NCBI GenBank assembly: GCA_035275845.1
Contig: DATEMD010000234.1
Span: forward strand, 1-55,724
From: Stellaceae bacterium
GTDB taxonomy: Bacteria; Pseudomonadota; Alphaproteobacteria; ATCC43930; CGMCC-115725
Length of the DNA stretch: 55,724 bases
Reading direction: 5' to 3'
Shown here: one piece after another, positions 8,981 through 19,391 of the stretch
Layout of the letters: every line of letters begins with the position of its first letter
How positions within the stretch are numbered: position 1 is the first letter of the stretch
The notes under the pieces: generated by a model
Told to the model about the DNA's origin: nothing
What the model saw: the letters and a program-made list of their open reading frames with translations, nothing else
Database searches by the model: none
Made by a program: the position numbers and the translations under genes

Positions 8981-9934
8981 ATGGCCCTCCAGGTCGCGAT
9001 TCAGATGGATCCGATGGAGACCATCAACGTCGCGTCGGATTCGACTTTCGTCCTGGCGCTCGAGGCTCAGGCGCGCGGCCACGCGTTGCTCCACTATCTA
9101 CCGCGCGACCTGGCACTGACCGACGGCACGCTGATGGCGCGTGCGCGGCCGTTGACCGTGCGGCGCGAGGCGCCGCATTTCGAGTTGGGTGCGCCGCGGT
9201 CGCTCGATCTGGGTGGCGTCGATGTCGTGTTGATGCGCCAGGATCCGCCGTTCGACATGGCCTATATCACGGCGACGCACTTGCTCGAGCATGTCAGCCG
9301 GAAGGTGCTGGTCGTCAACGATCCGGCAGCCGTGCGCAACGCGCCGGAAAAGCTCTTCGCCACGCATTTCGTCGGCTTGATGCCGCCGACGCTGATCGGT
9401 AGCGATCCGGAGGCGATCGCCGATTTCCGCCGCCGTCACGGCGACATCATCTTGAAGCCGATCTTCGGTAACGGCGGCGCCGGCGTTTTCCACCTCAAGC
9501 CCGATGACGACAATCTCAGTGCGCTGCTCGAGATGTTCACCCGGCTTTCCCGCGAGCCGGTCATCGTCCAGCGCTACCTGCCCGAGATCCGCCAGGGCGA
9601 CAAGCGCATCATCCTGGTTGAAGGTGAGCCGGTCGGCGCGGTGCTGCGCGTGCCCAAAGCGGGTGAGGCGCGCGCCAACCTGCATGTCGGCGGCCAGGCC
9701 AAGAAAACGACGCTGAGCGCGCGCGACCGTGAAATCTGCGCCGCCATCGGTCCGACACTCCGAGCCCAGGGCCTGGTGTTCGTCGGCATCGACGTGATCG
9801 GCGACTACCTGACCGAAATCAACGTCACGTCACCGACGGGCATCCAGGAGATCAACCGCCTCGACAACGTCCGGCTCGAAACCGGGGTCTGGGACGCGAT
9901 CGACGCGCGGCTCGCGGCGCGCAAACGGCGCTGA
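8981..9934 (+). CDS. gshB: Glutathione synthetase (prokaryotic ATP-grasp type)
   Basis: MDPMETINVASDSTF, MRQDPPFDM.Y, KP..GNGG.GVF, and INVTSPTG. Length is 317 aa. Confidence 0.93.
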   Translation: MALQVAIQMDPMETINVASDSTFVLALEAQARGHALLHYLPRDLALTDGTLMARARPLTVRREAPHFELGAPRSLDLGGVDVVLMRQDPPFDMAYITATHLLEHVSRKVLVVNDPAAVRNAPEKLFATHFVGLMPPTLIGSDPEAIADFRRRHGDIILKPIFGNGGAGVFHLKPDDDNLSALLEMFTRLSREPVIVQRYLPEIRQGDKRIILVEGEPVGAVLRVPKAGEARANLHVGGQAKKTTLSARDREICAAIGPTLRAQGLVFVGIDVIGDYLTEINVTSPTGIQEINRLDNVRLETGVWDAIDARLAARKRR

Positions 9935-9946
9935 ACGGTCTCGCGC

Positions 9947-10429
9947 TTACGCGCTCTCCTGGACGTGGGCTTCGAGGAACCACAACGCCTTGTCGAGCGC
10001 GCGCGAATAGGCGGTGAAAATGTCGGCGGTGTCGGCGTCGCCGGCCTCGTCGGTTTGGTCGATCGCGGCGCGCACCAGGTTCGCCGTTTTGCCGTAACGC
10101 TCGATCAGCGCCGCCAGATGGTCCTTCGATTTGTGGATGTCGACCGGATAAGCGGCGAGCGTCGTCGCCTTGGCGACGACTTGGCTGGTGCCGAGAGCGG
10201 TGCCGCCGAGCTGGACGACACGCTCGGCGAGCGTATCGACGTGGCCGTCGATCTCGGTACGGAACGTGTCGATCATTTCGTGCAGCGCGATGAATTGCGG
10301 GCCCTTGATATTCCAATGGGCTTGCTTGGTCAGCAGCGCGAGGTCGATCGCATCGGCCAGGCGCGCGTTCAGGATTTCGATCGAGACCTTTTTGGTATTC
10401 GACTTGGTATCGTTCTTTGTGCCGTACAT
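9947..10429 (-). CDS. dps: Dps family DNA-protection/ferritin-like protein
   Basis: HWNIKGPQFIALHEMIDTF....D.LAERVVQLGG and a ferroxidase-type His/Asp/Glu pattern. The ATG at 10429 is preceded by GAGGAG 8 nt upstream, so the track start at 10462 is over-extended. Confidence 0.92.
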   Translation of the reverse strand: MYGTKNDTKSNTKKVSIEILNARLADAIDLALLTKQAHWNIKGPQFIALHEMIDTFRTEIDGHVDTLAERVVQLGGTALGTSQVVAKATTLAAYPVDIHKSKDHLAALIERYGKTANLVRAAIDQTDEAGDADTADIFTAYSRALDKALWFLEAHVQESA

Positions 10430-10462
10430 GGCGCGGGCTCCTCGTTTGCGGGTTCGCGACAT

Positions 10463-10491
10463 AAATTAGAATACTTCTAGATTATGGCCAA
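10463..10491 (-). promoter_or_regulatory. Putative dps promoter (-35 TTGGCC, 17-nt spacer, -10 TAATTT) containing an Irr-type iron control element (ICE)
   Basis: The minus strand reads TTGGCC-ataatctagaagtattc-TAATTT, about 35 nt upstream of the dps ATG. Plus strand 10465..10481 is aTTAGAA-tac-TTCTAgA, against the ICE consensus TTTAGAA-N3-TTCTAAA (12/14). Confidence 0.55.
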
Positions 10492-10534
10492 ACCATGCCG
10501 GCCACAGCCAGCAAATCGCCAGGGCTGCTATGAC

Positions 10535-10942
10535 CTAAAGTTTGGTCTGGCGAGTTGGTGGCATCAGCGACCCGAACCCTTGGGAACAGGTCATCGCATC
10601 CGGCGTGTGTTGCGGCGTCCGGCTGTGGGTTTCTGCATAAACCATGTGGCTGTCGGCGCCACTGTCGTAAAAATAGAGTTCGAGCACGCAATTGGCGTTG
10701 CGGTATTGCCAAACTTCTGCGGGCGGATCGACCCGGCGCAAATCGGGATCGCCGATCAGCGCTGCCACTTGCGCTGGCGCCAGGCCGTTGAGCGCGCCGA
10801 GTGCGGGCAGATGGCCCATCGCGGTCGGCGTCGATGAAACGATCGGTGTCGCTGTGGCTTGCGGCGATGAGACGTTCGGGTGGCCGCTACATGCCGCGAG
10901 CAACAAGCCAGTGGCGAGCATCGCAACGCTGCCGCGCCGCAT
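10535..10942 (-). CDS. Hypothetical lipoprotein
   Basis: MRRGSVAMLATGLLLAACSG has a lipobox, followed by a Ser/Thr/Pro linker and a small Cys-containing domain. I recognise no family. The ATG at 10942 is chosen over the track start at 10978. Confidence 0.55.
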   Translation of the reverse strand: MRRGSVAMLATGLLLAACSGHPNVSSPQATATPIVSSTPTAMGHLPALGALNGLAPAQVAALIGDPDLRRVDPPAEVWQYRNANCVLELYFYDSGADSHMVYAETHSRTPQHTPDAMTCSQGFGSLMPPTRQTKL

Positions 10943-11317
10943 GCCAACCGCTTGCCGAACCTTGTCGATGCCCGCCATGGGTCGCGTCTATTGCAGCAAT
11001 CCGTGGCCGGAGCGGTAGCACGAGGAGAAAATCGCCATAGCGCAGCGCGGCACCTGCCATCAGCAGGCCGTAGAAAAACCGCGAAATGCGCGAGCCTCCC
11101 CCGAAACCACCGCTCTCCGGCGGCGCGAAAAGCCAAGCCTTTCAAGGCTCAAGATAATCGGGTTGGCGCTGTGAAATAAAGCGCAAATTGCCGATTTTCC
11201 GCCGGTGACGCGACTTTTTGCGCCCTAGGCTTGCGGGCGACGGCATGGTCCTTATACTCCGCGCGCGCCGGCTTCCCGTGCCGCGCCGCTATCGCCTTGC
11301 ACCCAGACCGGATCCCT

Positions 11318-12313
11318 ATGGCCGCTCCCTCGTATGATGTCGTCGGCATTGGCAACGCCATTGTCGATGTTCTCGCCCGCACCGACGAGGCGCTGGTGCA
11401 GCGCCTGGGGCTGAGCAAGGGCACGATGGCGCTGGTTGATACCGCACGCGCCGAGACGATCTATGCCGCGATGCCGCCGGGGGTCGAAAAATCGGGTGGG
11501 TCGGCCGCCAACACCATTGCCGGCATCGCGTCGCTCGGCGGCCGCGGCGCTTATATCGGCAAGGTCCGCAACGACGCGCTCGGTGCGGTGTTCGCGCACG
11601 ATCTCAAGACGCTGGGCGTGCGCTTCGACACCAAGCCGGCGATCGCGGGGCCGCCGACCGCGCGCTGTCTGATCCTGGTGACACCCGACGCGCAACGCAC
11701 CATGGGCACGTTCTTGGGTGCGTGCGTCGATCTCGGACCGGAGGACATCGACGAGCCGCTGGTCGCCTCGGCGTCGGTGACCTATCTCGAGGGCTACCTT
11801 TTCGATCCGCCCCGCGCCATGGAGGCGTTCCGCAAGGCGGCTTCGGTCGCGCACAAGGCCGGCCGTCAGGTGGCGTTATCGCTGTCGGACCCGTTCTGCG
11901 TCGATCGTCATCGCGCCGAATTCCGCGATCTGGTCGCGGCGCACATCGACGTGCTGTTCGCCAACGAGCGGGAAATTTGCTCGCTGTATGAGACCGAACA
12001 TTTCGAACTCGCCGCCAAAGCGGTGCGCGGCCATTGCGATATCGCCGTGTTGACGCGCAGCGAACGCGGCTCGAACGTCGTCACCAAGACGGACATGCTG
12101 CACATCGCGCCCGCACCGGTCGCCAACGTGGTTGACACCACCGGCGCTGGCGATCTCTATGCCGCTGGTTTCCTCTATGGTTTGACGCACGGCCGCGATC
12201 TCGCGACTTGCGGCAGGCTTGGCAGCCTGTGTGCGGCCGAGATCATCGCCCATGTCGGCGCGCGTCCGGAAACCTCCCTAGGGCGTCTCGCCACCGACGC
12301 CGGCCTTATTTAA
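11318..12313 (+). CDS. Adenosine kinase / PfkB-family carbohydrate kinase
   Basis: YDVVGIGNAIVD, GGSAANT, and the C-terminal DTTGAGDLYAAGFLYG PfkB signature. The ATG at 11318 is chosen; the track start at 11231 is a TTG extension. Confidence 0.85.
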   Translation: MAAPSYDVVGIGNAIVDVLARTDEALVQRLGLSKGTMALVDTARAETIYAAMPPGVEKSGGSAANTIAGIASLGGRGAYIGKVRNDALGAVFAHDLKTLGVRFDTKPAIAGPPTARCLILVTPDAQRTMGTFLGACVDLGPEDIDEPLVASASVTYLEGYLFDPPRAMEAFRKAASVAHKAGRQVALSLSDPFCVDRHRAEFRDLVAAHIDVLFANEREICSLYETEHFELAAKAVRGHCDIAVLTRSERGSNVVTKTDMLHIAPAPVANVVDTTGAGDLYAAGFLYGLTHGRDLATCGRLGSLCAAEIIAHVGARPETSLGRLATDAGLI

Positions 12314-12342
12314 CGGCGCATTCCGCGCCAAAGCGTGAGTTC

Positions 12343-14166
<1,824 letters not shown>

Positions 14167-14214
14167 TCGAGGTCCGCCGGCGAGCGTAAGACCGGATTAA
14201 ATGCGGACTTTCGC

Positions 14215-14664
14215 ATGACGACGAACGAACCCGAATTGAGCATCAAATCGTCGCTATTGCAGCGGCTTCACCAAGATTGGGAAAGCCGCCGCCGGGGCCG
14301 CCGGATGCCGGCGCGTGCCGATTTCGACCCGGTCGATCTCAAATACGTGCTCGGGTATCTGTCGCTCATCGACGTGCAGCGTGATCCGCTGCGGTTTCGG
14401 TTTCGCATCCACGCCAGCAACGTCGCCGGACGCGTCGGTTTCGATCTCACCGGCAAGGATGTCGACGCGATCGCCGACGTGCATTATCGCAAGCTGGTGC
14501 GCGCGCATTATATCGCGGTCGTCGAACAGCGCCGGCCGGTGGTCGAATTCCGCGATCGCGTGGTGACCGACAACGTTTGCCTTCATTGCGAGATTCTAGC
14601 GCTGCCGCTGGGCAACGATGGCGAAACTGTCGACCGCATCATGACCTGTATGGTGTGGTTCTGA
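14215..14664 (+). CDS. Small PAS-like protein (DUF1457/PAS_5-like)
   Basis: WESRRRGRRMPARADFDPVDL..L....L.DV...PLRFRFRI resembles the alphaproteobacterial single-domain PAS_5 family. This rests on recollection only. Confidence 0.55.
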   Translation: MTTNEPELSIKSSLLQRLHQDWESRRRGRRMPARADFDPVDLKYVLGYLSLIDVQRDPLRFRFRIHASNVAGRVGFDLTGKDVDAIADVHYRKLVRAHYIAVVEQRRPVVEFRDRVVTDNVCLHCEILALPLGNDGETVDRIMTCMVWF

Positions 14665-14727
14665 CGGTTCCCAAGTGTGGTCGCCTGAGCTAAGGTCGCA
14701 CGTCTTTAACCGGCGGAACGCGACACA

Positions 14728-15282
14728 ATGAAAACTTTTATCCTGGCCGCGCTCGCCGCCGCCTTCATTTTGACCAGCGGAGGTCCCGTGAGCGCTGCCG
14801 ATCTCGAGAATACGCTTTACCTCGACGTGCCGAAGGGGCGCGTCGTCATCGAATTGCAGCCCAATCTCGCGCCCAAGACCGTGGCGCGCATCAAGGAGCT
14901 GACGCGCAAAGGCTTTTACGACGGCATCGTTTTCCATCGCGTGATCGCCGGCTTCATGGCGCAGACTGGCGATCCGACTGGCACCGGCACCGGCGGCTCC
15001 GGCCAGAACATCAAGGCCGAATTTAGCCAGGCGCATTTCGTCCGCGGCACCGTTGGCATGGCGCGCTCGGCGAGTCCCGACAGCGCCGACAGCCAGTTCT
15101 TCATCTGCTTCGAGCCGGCACCGTTCCTCGACGGCAAATATACGATCTTCGGCCAGGTCGTGTCGGGCATGGAATATATCGACGCCATCAAGAAGGGCGA
15201 TCCGCAAAGCGGCATGGTGCAGAACCCCGACAAGATCATCCGCATGCAGGTCGCCGCCGACGCCGAGAAAAAGAAGCCCTGA
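14728..15282 (+). CDS. ppiA: Periplasmic cyclophilin-type peptidyl-prolyl cis-trans isomerase
   Basis: Signal peptide MKTFILAALAAAFILTSGGPVSA, plus FHRVIAGFMAQTGDPTGTGTGG and SQFFI. Confidence 0.92.
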   Translation: MKTFILAALAAAFILTSGGPVSAADLENTLYLDVPKGRVVIELQPNLAPKTVARIKELTRKGFYDGIVFHRVIAGFMAQTGDPTGTGTGGSGQNIKAEFSQAHFVRGTVGMARSASPDSADSQFFICFEPAPFLDGKYTIFGQVVSGMEYIDAIKKGDPQSGMVQNPDKIIRMQVAADAEKKKP

Positions 15283-15307
15283 CGCGGCCGAGCCGGAATC
15301 GTCGCCC

Positions 15308-16579
15308 ATGCGATCCTGGCTCGCCTCCCTACGGGTTTACGGCGATCGCCGCATGCTGGCGATCCTGCTCATGGGCTTTTCGAGCGGCCTGCCGCTGGCG
15401 CTGACCGCTTCGACGCTGGCGATCTGGCTCAAGACCGCGGGTGTATCGCTTACGGCAATAGGCCTCTTCGCCGAGGTTGGCCTCGCCTACAACCTCAAGT
15501 TTCTGTGGGCGCCGGCGATGGATCGCATCCGCTTGCCGCTGATCGGCCGGCTCGGTCGGCGGCGCAGCTGGGCGGTGACGGTCCAGCTGGCGCTGGCGGT
15601 GGCGCTGCTCGTCATGGCCAGTCGTGATCCAACCGCCGATCCGTGGTCGATCGCCGTCGTCGCTGCGATCGTCGCCTTTCTCTCCGCCAGTCAGGACATC
15701 GTCATCGACGCCTATCGTGTCGAACTGCTCGACGAACGCGAGCAGGGCGCCGGCGCTGCCGCAACGCAAGTTGGTTACCGCTTTGGCATGATCGCGTCGG
15801 GAGCCGGCGCGCTCTATCTCGCGGCCTATTTCGGCTGGTTCTGGTCTTATGTCGGCATGGCGGTCTTGATGCTGGTGGGTGTCGTCACCGTGCTGATGAC
15901 ACGCGAACCGCGCCTGGTCGCGCCGCCGGCGTCCGGCTCCTGGCTTGCCCAGACGGTGGTCGCGCCGTTCGCCGAATTCGCCAGCCGGCGCGGCTGGCTT
16001 CTCATCCTGATCTTCGTCGTGCTCTACAAGTTCGGCGACGCCCTCGCCGGCATCATGTCGAGCCCGTTCTACGTCACGCTCGGTTTCAGCCTGGTCGACA
16101 TTGCCAACGTCGCGAAAATCTTCGGTACTGCCGCCAGTATCGCCGGCGTGTTCTTGGGTGGCGCTGCCGTCTATCGCCTGGGCTTGATGCCGGCACTGTT
16201 GATTTGCGGCGCGTTCCAGGCGCTGTCGAACCTCATGTACATCGCGCAGCTTTGGGCGGGGCCCGATCCGACGATGCTGGCGCTTACGATCGCCACCGAA
16301 AACATCACGGGTGGCATGGCGTCGGCGGCGTTCGTCGCCTACCTGTCGCGGCTCTGCCATCCGGCTTTCACGGCGACGCAATACGCACTGTTGTCGGCGC
16401 TCGCCGCCACCGGCCGCACGGTGCTGGCGGCGGTCGGCGGATACCTCGCCGATCATCTGGGTTGGCAGCCGTTCTTCCTGGTCGCAACGGCCGCGTGCGT
16501 GCCGGCGCTGTTGCTGTTGCTTTACCTGATGCGGCTAGCCGAAACGCAACAGCCGGGCGCGGTTCCGACGCAACCATGA
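15308..16579 (+). CDS. ampG: AmpG-family muropeptide MFS permease
   Basis: LGFSSGLPLAL...L..WL, NLKFLWAP.MDR, and about 12 hydrophobic segments. The ATG at 15308 is chosen; track ORF 15053 runs through the ppi gene. Confidence 0.85.
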   Translation: MRSWLASLRVYGDRRMLAILLMGFSSGLPLALTASTLAIWLKTAGVSLTAIGLFAEVGLAYNLKFLWAPAMDRIRLPLIGRLGRRRSWAVTVQLALAVALLVMASRDPTADPWSIAVVAAIVAFLSASQDIVIDAYRVELLDEREQGAGAAATQVGYRFGMIASGAGALYLAAYFGWFWSYVGMAVLMLVGVVTVLMTREPRLVAPPASGSWLAQTVVAPFAEFASRRGWLLILIFVVLYKFGDALAGIMSSPFYVTLGFSLVDIANVAKIFGTAASIAGVFLGGAAVYRLGLMPALLICGAFQALSNLMYIAQLWAGPDPTMLALTIATENITGGMASAAFVAYLSRLCHPAFTATQYALLSALAATGRTVLAAVGGYLADHLGWQPFFLVATAACVPALLLLLYLMRLAETQQPGAVPTQP

Positions 16580-17239
16580 CCGCTGCGCGCCCGATCCGGG
16601 CGCCAGATCCTCGACCACACGCCAAAATCGCGCGCCGTGGTTCATATGCTTCAGATGCGCGATCTCGTGCGCGACCACGTAATCGACGACCGCGGGCGGC
16701 GCCAAGATCAGCCGCCAGGAGAAGCACAGCGCGCCTTCGTGCCCGCAGCTGCCCCATCGCGTCCGGGTGTCGCGCACGGAAATCCGCAGGACGTGACGGC
16801 CGATCGACGCCGCCATTGCGCGCGCCCGTAGGCCGAGCTCGTGCCGGGCCAGCTCGCGCAGAAAATCGGTGACACGGCGCGCCAAATGCCTGGGATCGCC
16901 GGCGACGCACAGCGCACCGGGCTCAAGCCATGCGGCGCCGTGTCCGCGGCTCTCGGCACGATGGCAGATGACGTGCGGCAAGCCGAGGATCGGGATCTCG
17001 GCACCGGCAGCGAAGGCAGTGCGCGGTGGCAACTCGTCGAGGCGCTGCTCGATCCAGCCGCGATTGTCCTCGAGGAAGCGCAACGCGGCGGCGAACGAGG
17101 CGTACCGCGGCAGCGTCAGAATCACGGCGTCGTCCTCATCGTCGAGGCGTAGGATGAATCGCCGCGCGTTGCGCCGTCGCACGATCTTGAGCGGCCGTTC
17201 GCCGCTCGATAGTGCGATGCGCTCAGGGATCGCGCCCAT
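16535..17239 (-). CDS. YgjP-like M48/DUF45 zinc metallohydrolase
   Basis: TRWGSC......SWRLILAP..V.DYVVAHEIAHLKHMNHG..FW (HExxH). It has a 45-nt convergent overlap with ampG. Confidence 0.8.
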   Translation of the reverse strand: MGAIPERIALSSGERPLKIVRRRNARRFILRLDDEDDAVILTLPRYASFAAALRFLEDNRGWIEQRLDELPPRTAFAAGAEIPILGLPHVICHRAESRGHGAAWLEPGALCVAGDPRHLARRVTDFLRELARHELGLRARAMAASIGRHVLRISVRDTRTRWGSCGHEGALCFSWRLILAPPAVVDYVVAHEIAHLKHMNHGARFWRVVEDLAPGSGAQRSWLRRNRARLLRFG

Positions 17240-17245
17240 GCGGGG

Positions 17246-17833
17246 TCAGAGGTATTTGCGAATGTCGTCGGCCATGTCGGCCGGCTTTTCGCCGGGCGGA
17301 ATCAGCCGGGCGATCTTGCCGTCGCGGCCCATCAGATAGATGAACGACGAGTGATCCAGCAGGTAATCGTCGATCGGTCCGCCCGGCGCCTTGCTGGCGA
17401 AGACGCGAAACTCGTGTTCGACGGCGTCGAGCTGCGCCGTCGTGCCGGTGAGCGCGATCAGCCGCGGCGTAAAGTTGGCGGCATAGAGCTTGAGCTGCTG
17501 CGACGTATCGCGCGCCGGATCGACGGTGATGAAGATCGGCTGGACCGCGGCGCCGGCGGCGCCGAGCTGATCGAGCGCCTGCGACATGGCGGAAAGCGCG
17601 GCGGGGCATGCGTCCGGACAATTGGTATAGCCGAAATAGATCAGCATCAGCTTGCCGCGGAATTCGCTGTCGCTGCGCGGCGCGCCGTTCTGGTCGGTAA
17701 GCGAGAACGGTCCGCCCACCGGGGCGGCTTCCGGCGCGGCGCGTCCGTACCAGCCTTGCTCGTAGCCGAAGCCCGCGACAAGCACGGCGAGCACGACGAG
17801 GAAGACGAGAAGACCACGACTGGCCGCTGACAT
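17246..17833 (-). CDS. SCO1/SenC family copper chaperone (thioredoxin fold)
   Basis: N-terminal membrane anchor MSAASRGLLVFLVVLAVLVAGF, FGYTNCPDACP (CxxxC), and a conserved DHS motif. An alternative GTG start at 17896 abuts the cobA stop. Confidence 0.85.
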   Translation of the reverse strand: MSAASRGLLVFLVVLAVLVAGFGYEQGWYGRAAPEAAPVGGPFSLTDQNGAPRSDSEFRGKLMLIYFGYTNCPDACPAALSAMSQALDQLGAAGAAVQPIFITVDPARDTSQQLKLYAANFTPRLIALTGTTAQLDAVEHEFRVFASKAPGGPIDDYLLDHSSFIYLMGRDGKIARLIPPGEKPADMADDIRKYL

Positions 17834-17896
17834 GACGGCGAGTCTAAGCGATGCGCGGTCCGTGCCGCCAGGGGCGTTCGGCCGCAGCCGGCCCAC

Positions 17897-18664
17897 TCAA
17901 CGCGTGGGCTTGAGGCGTAGCGTACGGCCGATCATCAGCATGGCTGGCGGCTTGAGTCGTGTCCGCGCGGCGGCACGCGCCGCCGCCGCCAGGGTCGTCT
18001 CGATCACGCGTTGGCGCGGCGTCGTGGCCGCGACGATGATCGCAACCGGCTCGTCGGGTGGCCGGCCCGCGGCGATCAGCCGGTTGGCGATCGCGTTCAG
18101 GTGCTTCAGCGCCATGTAGATCACCAGGATCGGTGCGCCTTTGGCGAGCGCGTGCCAGTCGAGCCCATCGGGCAACTCGCCGCCGCTGGCGTGGCCAGTG
18201 ACGAAGGTCACGGCGGAATTGACGTCGCGATGGGTCAGCGGAATGCCGGCATAGGCGAGGCCGCCAATGCCGGCCGTGATCCCGGGCACGACACGATAGC
18301 GGATGCGCGCCGCCTCGAGCGCCAAAGCCTCCTCGCCGCCGCGGCCGAAGACGAACGGATCGCCACCCTTGAGCCGCAAGACGCGGCGCCGCTGACGCGC
18401 CAACTCCACCAGTTTGGCGGAGATGTCGGGTTGGCGTGGTGATGGCTTGCCGCCGCGCTTGCCGGCGTAATGCAACCGCGCACCGCGTCGCGCGAGCGCC
18501 AAAATGCGCCGGTCGACCAACGCGTCGTAGACGACGTCGTCGGCGGTTTGCAGCGCATGCAACGCCAAGAGCGATAGCAGGCCCGGGTCGCCCGGACCTG
18601 CGCCGACGAGCCAAACCGTCCCTGGGGTGAAGGCGGGAAAACGCGGCGTGCGGCGTGCGGTCAT
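17897..18664 (-). CDS. cobA: Uroporphyrinogen-III C-methyltransferase (SUMT)
   Basis: VWLVGAGPGDPGLL, VVYDALV, and LKGGDPFVFGRGGEE...VVPGITA. The ATG at 18664 is preferred; the track start is 18715. Confidence 0.9.
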   Translation of the reverse strand: MTARRTPRFPAFTPGTVWLVGAGPGDPGLLSLLALHALQTADDVVYDALVDRRILALARRGARLHYAGKRGGKPSPRQPDISAKLVELARQRRRVLRLKGGDPFVFGRGGEEALALEAARIRYRVVPGITAGIGGLAYAGIPLTHRDVNSAVTFVTGHASGGELPDGLDWHALAKGAPILVIYMALKHLNAIANRLIAAGRPPDEPVAIIVAATTPRQRVIETTLAAAARAAARTRLKPPAMLMIGRTLRLKPTR

Positions 18665-18772
18665 GGCGCGGAGACTAGCATGCCCCTGCGATGGCTCGGA
18701 ATCGATCGCCGCCATGCGATGGCTTGAACGCCGTTGCGGCCCGGCGCAAACTGCGGAGTGAAGGGAGCCGTC

Positions 18773-19384
18773 GTGCGGATTTTATACCTGCGCCTCGTCG
18801 TGATCGGATGTCTCGCCGCCGTGTCGGTTGCAGCAAACGCGCAGCAAAGCGCAACGCCGCTGCTCGATACCAATCCGAGTTCGTCGGGTCCGACGCTTCC
18901 GTTCGGTGGCTTCCAAGGCTACTCCAACAGCGTCGCCGCCATCGCGGCGCAGAATAAGACGCGCGAAGTGCTCGGCATGTTGAATGGCGGCGCCAGTCCG
19001 AACGAGCGCGACGATCTTGGTCGCACCGGCTTGATTTACGCGGCGATTCTCGACAATCCGATGATGGCGCGGATTCTGCTGATGCACGACGCCGATACCG
19101 GCGTGCGCGACAAGCTCGGCAACACGGCGCTGCATTGGGCGGCCGAGCGCGGCAACACCGATGTTCTGACCTTATTGCTCGACGCGCACGCGTCGGTCGA
19201 CGCCGTGAACAACCAAGGTGTTACGCCGCTGATGCTGGCCGTTTCCAACAATCGCACCAACGCGGTGCGCGCACTGCTGGCGGCGCATGCCGATCCGCAC
19301 AAGCAGGATTATACCGGGCGCGACGCGATCGGTTGGACGACCGACAACCGCGCCATCGCGCAGCTGCTGCAAAACGCGCACTAA
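18773..19384 (+). CDS. Secreted ankyrin-repeat protein
   Basis: The GTG at 18773 follows GAAGGGA. The signal peptide reads ILYLRLVVIGCLAAVSVAANA. At least four ANK repeats are present (GRTGLIYAAILDN.., GNTALHWAAERGNTDVLTLLL, GVTPLMLAVSNNRTNAVRALL, GRDAIGW). Confidence 0.8.
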   Translation: MRILYLRLVVIGCLAAVSVAANAQQSATPLLDTNPSSSGPTLPFGGFQGYSNSVAAIAAQNKTREVLGMLNGGASPNERDDLGRTGLIYAAILDNPMMARILLMHDADTGVRDKLGNTALHWAAERGNTDVLTLLLDAHASVDAVNNQGVTPLMLAVSNNRTNAVRALLAAHADPHKQDYTGRDAIGWTTDNRAIAQLLQNAH

Positions 19385-19391
19385 TTCTCGC

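Noticed and set aside
10979-11317. A 340-bp gene-free gap examined for an sRNA, riboswitch or tRNA
   Set aside because: It holds only short hairpins (AGCCT-ttca-AGGCT, GCGCT-N9-AGCGC) without a convincing terminator or any conserved motif I know. A weak promoter-like TTGCGG-N16-TATACT (11231-11258) may simply serve the adenosine kinase gene. The evidence is not sufficient.
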